Assembly (NCBI GenBank): GCA_045652665.1 | Contig: JAZRUS010000054.1 | Span: forward strand, 1-56,819 | DNA length: 56,819 nucleotides | Direction of reading: 5' to 3' | From: Eubacteriales bacterium | GTDB lineage: Bacteria > Bacillota > Clostridia > Oscillospirales > CAG-272 | Shown here: piece after piece, positions 45,455 through 55,079 of the stretch | How the letters are laid out: each line of letters opens with the position of its first letter | Numbering within the stretch: position 1 is the first letter of the stretch | Notes under the pieces: generated by a model | Told to the model about the DNA's origin: nothing | What the model saw: only the letters and a program-made list of their open reading frames with translations | The model's database searches: none | Program-made: the position numbers and the translations under genes

Positions 45455-46642
45455 ATGAAATCAAAATTTACAAACGAAGAAAAACAAGCAATTTTAGATC
45501 GCTACATATCAAATGCCGAGTCGCCTACAAGTATTATCAAATCCGTCGGGATTTCAAAAAGCACCTTCTACAAATGGCTGTCGGATTATAAAACGGAGCA
45601 AGCGGAAGCCAAACGAAAAGGCTTAACATTGCGAAATTTCAACTTACTTGAAGCTAAAGTCAAAAGGTTAGAAGGTATTATCGAAATCATCAAAAAGGCG
45701 AATGTATTGCCTAACGCCCCTTTACAACAAAAGTTATATGCGGCGGAAAAACTATCCGTCGAATATAGTGTCCATATGATCTGCGATGCGTTAGATATTT
45801 CCCGAGGAACTTATTACAACCATATTCTTCGCAATAAAAGAGATAATACGTGGTATGCAAAAAGGCGAGAAGCCTTGCGCTTCCAAATACAAGAAGTTTT
45901 TGATGAAAACAGCCAAATTTTCGGTGCGAGAAAAATAGCTGCCATTTTACGAAATAGAGGTGTTAAAGTAAGCGATGAAATGGTACGAGAATTAATGAAA
46001 GATATGGGACTTGTAAGCATTCGGCAAGAGGCAAAGAAACTTTATACCGATGACATAAAAAGGCACAAAAATTATCTTAATCAAGAATTCGATCCTGATG
46101 CTCCCAATCAAGTATGGGTAAGTGATATCACCTATTTCAAATGTAACGGAAAGTCGTATTACATTTGCGTTATCATCGACTTATATGCACGAAAAGTTAT
46201 TGCTTATAAAGCAGGCAAGAAAAATAGTACGCAACTTATAAAAACAACTTTTAAGCAAGCCTATGAAAATCGGCAACCGTCATCCTCTTTGATTTTTCAT
46301 ACTGATCGAGGCGCAAACTATTGTTCCAAGACCTTAAATGATTATATAAAAATGTTGGGTATTACTCGCTCATTCTCCCGTCCATATGTGCCATACGACA
46401 ATTCTGTTATCGAATCTTTCTTCGCTTCCTTAAAAAGAGAAGAATTATATAGAAAGAAATATCGTACAGAGGGCGAATTGCTCCAAGCTATTGATGATTA
46501 TATGGAATTTTACAACATGCGCCGTCCTCACGCTAAGATCCAATACAAGACGCCCGAACAAAAAGAACGTGAATATTCAGCAATGTTCGGAAATCTTGAT
46601 AATGAGCAATCGGACTATGGGGGTTCGGAAATAAGCTTTTGA
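45455..46642 (+). CDS. IS3-family DDE transposase, single fused ORF
   Basis: N-terminal HTH; WVSDITY, FHTDRGANY and DNSVIESFFASLKRE triad; AAGGAGG RBS. Confidence 0.9.
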   Translation: MKSKFTNEEKQAILDRYISNAESPTSIIKSVGISKSTFYKWLSDYKTEQAEAKRKGLTLRNFNLLEAKVKRLEGIIEIIKKANVLPNAPLQQKLYAAEKLSVEYSVHMICDALDISRGTYYNHILRNKRDNTWYAKRREALRFQIQEVFDENSQIFGARKIAAILRNRGVKVSDEMVRELMKDMGLVSIRQEAKKLYTDDIKRHKNYLNQEFDPDAPNQVWVSDITYFKCNGKSYYICVIIDLYARKVIAYKAGKKNSTQLIKTTFKQAYENRQPSSSLIFHTDRGANYCSKTLNDYIKMLGITRSFSRPYVPYDNSVIESFFASLKREELYRKKYRTEGELLQAIDDYMEFYNMRRPHAKIQYKTPEQKEREYSAMFGNLDNEQSDYGGSEISF

Positions 46643-46797
46643 TTTGAACTGTATGCCGATTTTGAGTTTTTCTGTTTTGTAGTCCGATATAAAAATTAAA
46701 AAAGCGACTTCTAAAAGCCGCTTAAATAAAGGGGAAAATAAGAAAACACCATTGTCATTCGAACTTTGAGGGTTCGGATTTCAATGGTGTCTTCATA

Positions 46798-46873
46798 TGG
46801 CAGGGGCGGAAGGACTCGAACCCACGACCCATGGTTTTGGAGACCAGTACTCTACCAACTGAGCTACACCCCT
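46798..46873 (-). tRNA. tRNA-Trp(CCA)
   Basis: AGGGGTGTAGCTCAGTTGGTAGAGTACTGGTCTCCAAAACCATGGGTCGTGGGTTCGAGTCCTTCCGCCCCTGCCA. Confidence 0.92.
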
Positions 46874-46984
46874 TTAAAACATTGGTATTATACTAAATTT
46901 TCGAGCATTTGTCAAGATGTTTTCGCAAAATAATCGGAATAATCGTAATAATTATCAGCAAAGCAACATTTTTTGTTTTTTGTA

Positions 46985-47048
46985 TTGACTTTTTGTCCGG
47001 ATAGTGATATAATCAATTGAACGTTTGAACAATTGTTCAATCGTTCAA
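46985..47048 (+). promoter_or_regulatory. Promoter and ArsR/SmtB/CadC-type operator
   Basis: TTGACT-17-TATAAT, then near-perfect 32 bp palindrome TTGAACGTTTGAACAATTGTTCAATCGTTCAA (47017-47048). Confidence 0.8.
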
Positions 47049-47101
47049 ACGTTTGCCTTAAAGTATTATCGCACAAATATGCCGCTTATATAGGAGGGAA
47101 A

Positions 47102-47470
47102 ATGATAAAGGAAAAAGAAGATGTCGCAACCTGTGATTGCCTTGAGGTACACCCGGAGGTAATAAAACGCAAAAAGGCGGGTATGCCCGACGAAACAAGC
47201 GTACACGATCTTGCAGACTTTTTTAAGATATTCGGAGATTCAACGAGAATGAAGATACTCTTCGCTCTCGACGGTGAGCCTATGTGCGTTTGCGATCTCG
47301 CAGAATTACTCGGAATGTCCAGCTCAGCCGTTTCGCATCAGCTCAAGATAATGAAGCAGAGCGCGTTGATATCCTATCGAAGATCAGGAAAAAACGTGTA
47401 TTACACGCTTGCCGATGACCACGTACACGATATAATCGTCAGGGCACTCGAGCATATTAACGAAAATTGA
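47102..47470 (+). CDS. ArsR/SmtB metal-sensing repressor (CadC/ZiaR-like)
   Basis: LADFFKIFGDSTRMKIL, CVCDLA, SAVSHQL and LADDHV motifs. Confidence 0.92.
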   Translation: MIKEKEDVATCDCLEVHPEVIKRKKAGMPDETSVHDLADFFKIFGDSTRMKILFALDGEPMCVCDLAELLGMSSSAVSHQLKIMKQSALISYRRSGKNVYYTLADDHVHDIIVRALEHINEN

Positions 47471-47541
47471 AAAGTAAATATTAATTGATTATTTCTGAAT
47501 CACGTTATAATTAAGTCGTAGAAACGACGGAAAGGATAAGT

Positions 47542-47754
47542 ATGAAAACGAAATACACAATAACAGGTCTTGACTGCCCTAATTGCGCGGCGAAGCTTGC
47601 GTCTATGATAGAAAAGGACGAGAGAATAGAATCGGCGAAGATCAATTTTCTGACGGAAAAGCTCACCGTTGAATCAAGCCTTAGCTCGGAGGAGCTTTAT
47701 GAGAAGGTCACTAAGATCGGAAAAAGCTTCTCAAAATCAATTAAGATAAAATGA
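47542..47754 (+). CDS. Heavy-metal-associated (HMA) domain protein
   Basis: GLDCPNCAAK. Confidence 0.9.
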   Translation: MKTKYTITGLDCPNCAAKLASMIEKDERIESAKINFLTEKLTVESSLSSEELYEKVTKIGKSFSKSIKIK

Positions 47755-49610
47755 AAAAGGTAATTTCTTTTGTAATTAGTGAGCTGGGGCGAATTATAGT
47801 TGGCTTGGTTCTGTTCTCCATGGCTCTTGCGGTCGAATATTACGACCGTGATACGTCATTCTCGTTGCGTGCGCTGATTCTTTACGTCGTTGCCCTTTGC
47901 GTTGCGGGCGCGCCCGTTTTTATAGATGCCGTTCGCGGTATATTCCGCCGCGACCTGCTTGATGAGAAATTTCTGATGTCTATAGCAGCGATCGGAGCTA
48001 TGATCGTGGGAGAGTGGCGAGAGGGCGTTGCCGTAATGATCTTTTTCCTTGTCGGGGAATATTTTGAGCACAAGGCAGTCTCCCGTGCGCGTAAATCAAT
48101 AAATTCTCTTATGGATATCCGACCGGATGAGGCATCCGTGCTGATCGACGGTGTTGAAACAGTGATGGATGCGGATGACGTTGCGGTCGGTTCAAGGATA
48201 GTGATAAGAGCGGGAGAGCGTGTGCCGATAGATTCCGTCGTCACCGACGGATCGGCTGACGTAGATACGTCTGCTCTGACAGGGGAATCTATGCCCTTTG
48301 CCGTTTTACCAGGTTCCTCGCTGGATAGCGGAGCGGTTGTTATGAACGGAGTTCTTACAGCGAGGACGGTCAGAAGTGCCGATTCCTCTGCCGCGGCACG
48401 TATACTCGACCTTGTGGAAAATGCAAACGAGCGGAAATCAAAAACCGAAAGCTTTATAACAAAGTTCTCTCATTATTACACTCCCTGCGTAGTTGCTCTC
48501 GCGTTGCTTTTGGCATTTATACCGCCGATATTTGACTGGATGACTATAAATGACTCTGTATACAGAGCGCTCACGTTTTTGGTCGTTTCATGTCCGTGCG
48601 CTCTTGTAATATCGATACCGATGGCTTTCTTTGGCGGAATCGGCGGCGCTGCCTCAAGGGGAATTTTGTTCAAGGGCGGAAGCACCTTTTCGGCGCTTGC
48701 GTGTGCCGACAGCTTCGCCTTTGATAAGACCGGTACTCTTACCGGCGGCAGCTTTGAGATAAAGGGTGTATATCCGATTGCTATAGATGAAGATAGACTG
48801 TTATATTACGCCGCGAGTGCGGAGAGCGCGTCGAATCACCCGATCGCGCAGTGTATAAGCCGCTCATGTAAGCGGGTGAGCAAGCCTGAGAGGGCAACCG
48901 AAATTGCAGGTAAGGGTATTTCCGCCGTGATAGACGGCTCAGCCGTGCTGGTCGGAAATGTCGCGCTGTGCGCCGATCACGGAGTGAATGTAGGTAGCTC
49001 ACATTTTCCTATCGGCACAGTATTCGTGTGCATAGACGGTAAACTGTGCGGTTATATCGTGATATCCGATAGGGTAAGAGACGAGGCGAGAGGGACTGTT
49101 GCTGAGCTTCGTAAGCTTGGTGCAAGGCGCATAGTTATGCTGTCCGGCGACAAGTCGGAGCGCGCTGAGGAAATCGGATGCGCTCTTAATATGGATGAGA
49201 TTTACTCCGAACTTCTGCCCGATGATAAATACCGAAAACTTGAAAATATCATCCAAAGCTCCCACAGCACGGTATACGTAGGAGACGGTATAAACGACGC
49301 TCCGTCCATCGCCCTTGCGGATGTTGGCATAGCTATGGGAGGCATAGGTCAGGACTCCGCAATTGAGGCGGCTGACGTAGTTATAATGTCTGATGATCTT
49401 AGCAGGCTCCCGCTTGCTGTCAGAGTCGCGCGTAGGACCTTGCGTATATCAAGGGAAAACATCGTTCTTGCCCTAGGTGTAAAGGCGGCGGTGCTCTTGT
49501 TGGGAGCTGTCGGTCTTGCAAATATGTGGCTTGCCGTTTTTGCGGACGTCGGTGTAGCTGCGCTCGCAATCCTCAACTCTATGCGAACCTTGAGGATCGG
49601 GAGAAGATAA
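47751..49610 (+). CDS. cadA: Zn/Cd-translocating P1B-type ATPase
   Basis: TGES, SCPC, DKTGTLT, HP and GDGINDAP motifs. Confidence 0.92.
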   Translation: MKKVISFVISELGRIIVGLVLFSMALAVEYYDRDTSFSLRALILYVVALCVAGAPVFIDAVRGIFRRDLLDEKFLMSIAAIGAMIVGEWREGVAVMIFFLVGEYFEHKAVSRARKSINSLMDIRPDEASVLIDGVETVMDADDVAVGSRIVIRAGERVPIDSVVTDGSADVDTSALTGESMPFAVLPGSSLDSGAVVMNGVLTARTVRSADSSAAARILDLVENANERKSKTESFITKFSHYYTPCVVALALLLAFIPPIFDWMTINDSVYRALTFLVVSCPCALVISIPMAFFGGIGGAASRGILFKGGSTFSALACADSFAFDKTGTLTGGSFEIKGVYPIAIDEDRLLYYAASAESASNHPIAQCISRSCKRVSKPERATEIAGKGISAVIDGSAVLVGNVALCADHGVNVGSSHFPIGTVFVCIDGKLCGYIVISDRVRDEARGTVAELRKLGARRIVMLSGDKSERAEEIGCALNMDEIYSELLPDDKYRKLENIIQSSHSTVYVGDGINDAPSIALADVGIAMGGIGQDSAIEAADVVIMSDDLSRLPLAVRVARRTLRISRENIVLALGVKAAVLLLGAVGLANMWLAVFADVGVAALAILNSMRTLRIGRR

Positions 49611-50224
49611 TGAAAGAATATTATATGTTCAACAAGCCGCGCGGACCTATAACCGCCCGCAGAGATGCAAGGCACGCAACGGTTATGGACTATTTCCCCG
49701 AGGAAAAAAGAGACGAGCTTTTTCCCGTAGGACGGCTCGATAAGGATACGGAGGGACTCTTGCTTGTCACGAATGACGGCACTCTCGCTTTTGAACTTAT
49801 GCAACCCGACCGCGCAGTACCCAAGAAGTATTTTTTCTGGGCGCAGGGTGTGCTTACCGATGAAAAAATATCCGAAATTGAATCCGGCGTGCGTATATAT
49901 TCGGATAGGGCGGAAACCGCCCCCTCGCGTATCGAGGTGCTGGGGGTGTCTACGATGAGGGGCGTAAAGCATCTGTTGATCGGTGAGGACGTGCGAGTGT
50001 CTAATCGCCGCGGCGATCAGCCCGTAGTCAGCGGATATATAACTATAACCGAAGGTAAGAAGCATCAGGTCAAGCGCATGCTCCGCTATGCCGGATGCCG
50101 CGTCGTTTATCTGAAAAGGGTAAGCATAGGTGAACTGAATCTTGACGAGTCGCTATCCCCCGGAGAATATCGAAGCCTCTCCGAGCAGGAGCTCATCCTT
50201 CTTACCGCCGCCACGGGCGTGTGA
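49610..50224 (+). CDS. RsuA/RluB-family pseudouridine synthase
   Basis: NKPRG, VGRLDKDTEGLLL.TNDG and EGKKHQVKRM; ATG overlaps the cadA stop. Confidence 0.92.
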   Translation: MKEYYMFNKPRGPITARRDARHATVMDYFPEEKRDELFPVGRLDKDTEGLLLVTNDGTLAFELMQPDRAVPKKYFFWAQGVLTDEKISEIESGVRIYSDRAETAPSRIEVLGVSTMRGVKHLLIGEDVRVSNRRGDQPVVSGYITITEGKKHQVKRMLRYAGCRVVYLKRVSIGELNLDESLSPGEYRSLSEQELILLTAATGV

Positions 50225-50237
50225 CAATGAAAAGTAT

Positions 50238-50280
50238 AAAAACAGCAGAGGATCCTTAAGACGACCTCTGCTGTTTTTTT
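50238..50280. terminator. Bidirectional terminator
   Basis: AAAAACAGCAGAGG...CCTCTGCTGTTTTTTT between convergent genes. Confidence 0.8.
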
Positions 50281-50290
50281 GATAAGCGAC

Positions 50291-50758
50291 TTAATAACGT
50301 TCTTTCATTTTCCTCTCAATTTCGCGGTTTGCGTCCTTGCGCGCAATATCGTCGCGTTTGTCGTACAGTTTCTTTCCGCGGCACAGACCTAACGCCATTT
50401 TCACGTGCGAGCCTTTAAAATACAGTGAGAGGGGAACGAGAGTATATCCGTCCCTTGCAACAAGACCCGCAAGCTTCATGATCTCGCGCTTATGCATAAG
50501 CAACTTGCGCGGTCTTAGGGGATCTTTATTGAATATGTTTCCTTGCTCGTACGGGCTTATATGTATTCCAAGGGCAAAAAGCTCGCCCTTGTCTATTTCG
50601 CAATATGAATCCTTAAGATTGACGGTGCCTGCGCGCAGGGACTTTACCTCGGTGCCGAAAAGCTCGATGCCCGCCTCATAGGTTTCCTCTATAAAGTAGT
50701 CGTGCCGTGCCTTTCTGTTATCCGTTATGATCTTTCCGTCTGTTTTTTTCTCGCTCAT
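50291..50758 (-). CDS. smpB: SsrA-binding protein
   Basis: [22 protein letters not shown] and GKKLYDKR motifs. Confidence 0.97.
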   Translation of the reverse strand: MSEKKTDGKIITDNRKARHDYFIEETYEAGIELFGTEVKSLRAGTVNLKDSYCEIDKGELFALGIHISPYEQGNIFNKDPLRPRKLLMHKREIMKLAGLVARDGYTLVPLSLYFKGSHVKMALGLCRGKKLYDKRDDIARKDANREIERKMKERY

Positions 50759-50821
50759 AGTTTCTCCGAATTGGTATTATTTCAACTATATTTTACCATA
50801 AGCATCACCTAAAATCAACAC

Positions 50822-51388
50822 CTACTTTGTAAATTCGCTTATGATTTCCAGCAGCTTGAATTTTACGTTATATTTTTTCGTTATCAAAAATTCCTCCTCG
50901 GGTGTGTAGCTCTCCGCGGAAAGCGCGGCGTCAAGGCAAAGCGGCGGAAACATTACGCACCACCAATTCTTTCCGACACCGTCGCCTATGATGACCCGAA
51001 GTGAGGTATAGTATCCGCAGGGGAGTGTAAAATTCTCGTATTCTCTTGTGTCGTACCATTCCTCGCTCAGCGTTACCGTTACGTCGTGCGTTACCCCCAT
51101 TGACGATAGCTTTGCTAATGAAAACTCTCTTATATCATTGAGCTGCCCCTCAAGCTGTGTTTTGGCATCCTCGGTGCTCTCAAATACGGACAGCTCCTTA
51201 CCGAACTCATCAAGTATGGCGTCGCGAAGCATGAGCTTCGTTTTTTGATCCTCCTCACTGTCGGAATTGGCGAGAATATGTAGGCGAACCGTATCCTCGT
51301 AAATTGCCCCCTCCGCCTCCGTGGGGAGCGTCGCTATCAGTAGCACGGCGGCAAGTATCATTGTTATTCCCGTTATAAAGCTTTTCAT
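50822..51388 (-). CDS. spoIIR: Stage II sporulation protein R
   Basis: Signal peptide; RLHILANSDS and G.NWWCVMFPPLC motifs. Confidence 0.95.
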   Translation of the reverse strand: MKSFITGITMILAAVLLIATLPTEAEGAIYEDTVRLHILANSDSEEDQKTKLMLRDAILDEFGKELSVFESTEDAKTQLEGQLNDIREFSLAKLSSMGVTHDVTVTLSEEWYDTREYENFTLPCGYYTSLRVIIGDGVGKNWWCVMFPPLCLDAALSAESYTPEEEFLITKKYNVKFKLLEIISEFTK

Positions 51389-51521
51389 GGTTTCTCCTTT
51401 TTTGCTGAGATTATTCACCGTCCGAAAGCTATTTATTCATTTTTTAAAAAAATTGTATAGGCTATGGACTTTTCGGAGCGAATGTGATAGAATCATTATG
51501 TAAATAAAAAGGAGTATAGCA

Positions 51522-52142
51522 ATGAAGGAATATATCGCAAAAAGAGTTGATTCGAAAATGTGCATTAACGATCCCCGCTGGAAGAGTGCCGAGACCGCCG
51601 AGCTTGAGTGCGCGTGGGTGGAGCTCTATCCCCCTCACTACAAGACTACGGCAAAGCTCGTTCATTCCAATGAGGGAATTACAGTGCGCCTTTCGACAAA
51701 CGAGTGGCCGCTTACCGTAACGGCAATGAATTTCAATGACGTCATCTTCGAGGACAGCTGTATGGAGTTCTTCTTCGTTCCCAATACGTACGAGGATGCC
51801 TATTTAAATATTGAGGTCAATCCCGCGGCGATCGCGCGCGTCGGTAAGGGACCCGGACGCCCGGACAGAGAGCTGCTTAATTTCAAGGGAAAAATAGAGA
51901 TCGAGACCTCGGTTATCGGCGAAGAGGGCTGGTCTGTTATGGCGTTTGTGCCGTACAGCTTCCTTCTTGAGCATTATACAAGCTGCGATAAGGAGATGCG
52001 CGCGAACTTCTACAAGTGCGGCAGTAAAACGGTTATAAGACATTACGCTGCCTGGAATAAGGTAGAGACACCGACCCCCGACTATCACCGTCCGGAGTAT
52101 TTCGGCAGAATTATTCTTTCCGATGAATGCATCGAACGTTAA
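51522..52142 (+). CDS. Carbohydrate-binding family 9-like protein
   Basis: EDSCMEFF, Y.N.E.NP, ANFYKCG and PDYHRPEYFG motifs. Confidence 0.85.
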   Translation: MKEYIAKRVDSKMCINDPRWKSAETAELECAWVELYPPHYKTTAKLVHSNEGITVRLSTNEWPLTVTAMNFNDVIFEDSCMEFFFVPNTYEDAYLNIEVNPAAIARVGKGPGRPDRELLNFKGKIEIETSVIGEEGWSVMAFVPYSFLLEHYTSCDKEMRANFYKCGSKTVIRHYAAWNKVETPTPDYHRPEYFGRIILSDECIER

Positions 52143-52240
52143 TTGATCTATAATCAAAGGGTGCCGTCGCATTTAAGCCGAACAAAAAAGCAAACGAGAT
52201 AGATACTGCGACAAACACGCAATTCTATCTCGTTTTTCTG

Positions 52241-52690
52241 TCACCTTGAAAGTAAGAGTAAGGCCTCTTTATATTTCTTTTCGCGTTCTAAAGCTCTTTC
52301 ATCCACAACGTCAAGGCGAGAGGTATCGCTGTTGTGCGTAAGATCAGCGATCTTTACCTTCTTTGCTATGGGATTTGCGGATATTTTCTCAACGTATTCC
52401 ATATACGGCACCGACGGGTCGTGAGTGAGAAGGCTGAGCACTTCTATTACCTGCTTCGGGAATCCCGTATTTTCAAGGTTGGCGAGGGTCGTATCGGTAT
52501 CCTCTACAACGTCGTGCAGGAGGGCGCATACCACCGATATCTCGTCGTCCATTTGCTCGGCGAGGTGGAATGGGTGGAATACGTAGGGAAGTCCTGTTTT
52601 GTCTACCTGATCCTTATGCGCGTCAAAACATATTCTTAGCGCCTTCTTCGTCAGATCTGTGTAAATGAAATTTTTTAATCCTGAGTTCAT
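52241..52690 (-). CDS. Stand-alone HD-domain protein (RelA/SpoT-like hydrolase fold)
   Basis: AHKDQ.DK.G.PY..HP, ALLHDVVEDT and VKIADL.HN motifs. Confidence 0.85.
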   Translation of the reverse strand: MNSGLKNFIYTDLTKKALRICFDAHKDQVDKTGLPYVFHPFHLAEQMDDEISVVCALLHDVVEDTDTTLANLENTGFPKQVIEVLSLLTHDPSVPYMEYVEKISANPIAKKVKIADLTHNSDTSRLDVVDERALEREKKYKEALLLLSR

Positions 52691-52892
52691 ATGAGCCTCC
52701 TGTACCGTGCTGCTTTACATAGCACCTTGTGATTATAGTATAATGTCTTTCAATAAGTTTGTCAAGAAAAGAAGGTATAATGAGTATAGAAAAAATATTA
52801 ACTTACGGAATATATGTTTGTTTTCCGTCGGTGAAATCATATAATTTTCAAAAAAGTATTGAAAAAAATAATTTTATGTTATATAATAATAA

Positions 52893-53104
52893 TGCCAAGA
52901 CGAAAGAACATGCGAATGAAAACGTATAAAGAGAGGCCGTGGTAGGTGCGAACGGTCTGCGGTTCATCGCCTTCCGCTTTCCGAGCATTCGGCGAAGAGC
53001 CGAGGGCGGTGCCCTTATAACCGTATGAGTGAGGATCGCGAGTGATCCTAATTTGGGTGGCAACACGGAGTTATTCGTCCCATAGCGGCGGATACTCTTT
53101 TTTT
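52893..53104 (+). promoter_or_regulatory. T-box riboswitch leader of serS
   Basis: AATTTGGGTGGCAACACG at 53050-53067, then terminator and T-tract; AGAGA and GGTGCGAA stem I elements. Confidence 0.85.
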
Positions 53105-53133
53105 ATTTTAAATAAAATTTAAGGAGAAATAAA

Positions 53134-54423
53134 ATGCTCGACATCAGATTTTTACGTGAAAACCCCGACGTAGTAAAGGAAAACATTAAAAAGAAGTTTC
53201 AGGACTCCAAGCTTCCCCTCGTAGACGAGGTCATCGCTCTTGACGAGGAGCTTCGTCAGAACAAGAAGCGCGCAGACGATCTCAGAGCCAACAGAAATAA
53301 GATATCAAAGTCTATCGGTGCTCTTATGGGGCAGAAGAAGTTTGAAGAGGCTGAGGCGGCAAAGAAGCTGGTATCCGAGCAGGCGGCGGAGCTTGCGGCA
53401 TGCGAGGCTCTTGAGGCAGAGCTCTCCGAGAAGGTAAACAAGATAATGATGATCATCCCCAATATAATCGATCCCACGGTTCCGATCGGTAAGGACGATT
53501 CCGAAAACGTTGAGGTTGAGAGATTTGGCGATCCTATAGTTCCCGCGTTTGATATTCCGTATCACGCAGAGATAATGGAGAGCTTTGACGGCATCGACCT
53601 TGACAGCGCGCGCCGCGTAGCAGGTAACGGCTTCTACTATCTTATGGGGGATATCGCGCGCCTTCATTCCGCGGTTATCTCCTATGCCCGCGACTTTATG
53701 ATCGATCGCGGCTTCACTTATTGTATTCCTCCGTATATGATTCGCTCGAACGTAGTTACCGGTGTTATGTCCTTTGCGGAAATGGATGCAATGATGTATA
53801 AGATCGAGGGCGAGGATCTTTATCTTATCGGAACGAGTGAGCACTCAATGATCGGTAAATTTATCGATCAGATACTTCCCGAGGCATCCCTTCCGTATAC
53901 CCTCACGTCATACTCTCCCTGCTTCCGTAAGGAAAAGGGAGCTCACGGTATAGAGGAGCGCGGAGTATACCGTATCCATCAGTTTGAAAAACAGGAAATG
54001 ATAGTTGTTTGTAAGCCGGAGGATTCAAAGGCTTGGTTTGATAAGCTCTGGAAGAATACCGTTGATATGTTCCGCACCCTCGATATCCCCGTAAGAACGC
54101 TTGAGTGCTGCTCCGGAGACCTTGCAGACCTTAAGGTTAAATCCATTGACGTTGAGGCGTGGTCACCCCGTCAGAAGAAGTATTTTGAGGTCGGCTCTTG
54201 CTCAAATCTCGGTGATGCACAGGCAAGACGCCTTAAGATTCGTGTAAAGGGTGAGGACGGCAAGACCTATCTTGCACACACGCTCAACAACACCGTGGTC
54301 GCACCTCCGAGAATGCTTATCGCATTCCTTGAAAACAACCTGAATGAGGACGGCTCGGTTAACATTCCCGTAGCCCTTCGTCCTTATATGGGCGGCAAGG
54401 AAGTAATACTTCCTCGTGCGTGA
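53134..54423 (+). CDS. serS: Serine--tRNA ligase
   Basis: MLDI, GTSEH, CFRKEKG..RG.YR.HQFEK.E and EVGSCSN motifs. Confidence 0.97.
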   Translation: MLDIRFLRENPDVVKENIKKKFQDSKLPLVDEVIALDEELRQNKKRADDLRANRNKISKSIGALMGQKKFEEAEAAKKLVSEQAAELAACEALEAELSEKVNKIMMIIPNIIDPTVPIGKDDSENVEVERFGDPIVPAFDIPYHAEIMESFDGIDLDSARRVAGNGFYYLMGDIARLHSAVISYARDFMIDRGFTYCIPPYMIRSNVVTGVMSFAEMDAMMYKIEGEDLYLIGTSEHSMIGKFIDQILPEASLPYTLTSYSPCFRKEKGAHGIEERGVYRIHQFEKQEMIVVCKPEDSKAWFDKLWKNTVDMFRTLDIPVRTLECCSGDLADLKVKSIDVEAWSPRQKKYFEVGSCSNLGDAQARRLKIRVKGEDGKTYLAHTLNNTVVAPPRMLIAFLENNLNEDGSVNIPVALRPYMGGKEVILPRA

Positions 54424-54998
54424 TGTATGCCTTGATGATCGCCGGACCGAGCGCAGTGGGGAAGACTACTGTTGCAAGTGAGCTGCTTCGCCTCCGTCCC
54501 GACGTCTTTTCTCTTGCTCGGTCTGCAACGACGCGCGCACCGCGCGGTGACGGACACGATGATGAATATATATATCTTACGGTAGGGGAATTTTTGCGCC
54601 GCTGCGAAGCGGGCGAGATGCTTGAATACACCGAGTTTGGCGGAAATTACTACGGCACACCTCTATCCGAGATAAATGCGATCCGCTCCGGCGGCAGAAT
54701 CCCTTTGCTCATCCTTGATATAAACGGCATCTCCGCGATCAAATCATCCGAGAACGGCAGCGACTGCTACGCCGTGTATCTTACGGAGGATATAGAGGTG
54801 CTTGACAAACGTCTATATGAGAGGGCAGAGGCGGACGGACTTACGGAAAAGGCGCTCGCCACCTACGAGCGGCGCCGTATGCAAAACAGGCGTGATCTCG
54901 CTGATATAGGCAAAAAAACGGACATTTTTGACAGAGTCGCGGTGAACCGCGACGTTGGTGAATGCGCCCGTCTGATTCTCAGTGCTCTTAATGTATAA
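54420..54998 (+). CDS. Guanylate kinase-like protein
   Basis: GPSAVGKTT, SATTRAPR and GNYYGT motifs. Confidence 0.85.
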   Translation: MMYALMIAGPSAVGKTTVASELLRLRPDVFSLARSATTRAPRGDGHDDEYIYLTVGEFLRRCEAGEMLEYTEFGGNYYGTPLSEINAIRSGGRIPLLILDINGISAIKSSENGSDCYAVYLTEDIEVLDKRLYERAEADGLTEKALATYERRRMQNRRDLADIGKKTDIFDRVAVNRDVGECARLILSALNV

Positions 54999-55079
54999 AA
55001 GAACATAATAAAAGCAAGGACGAAGATCAATGTCTTCTTTGGCATAGATCTGCGCCCTTGCTTTTCTATTTGATTAATA

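Noticed and set aside
49349-50065. 238 aa minus-strand ORF
   Set aside because: Antisense to the well-supported cadA and pseudouridine synthase genes
52848-53066. 72 aa minus-strand ORF
   Set aside because: Antisense to the serS T-box leader
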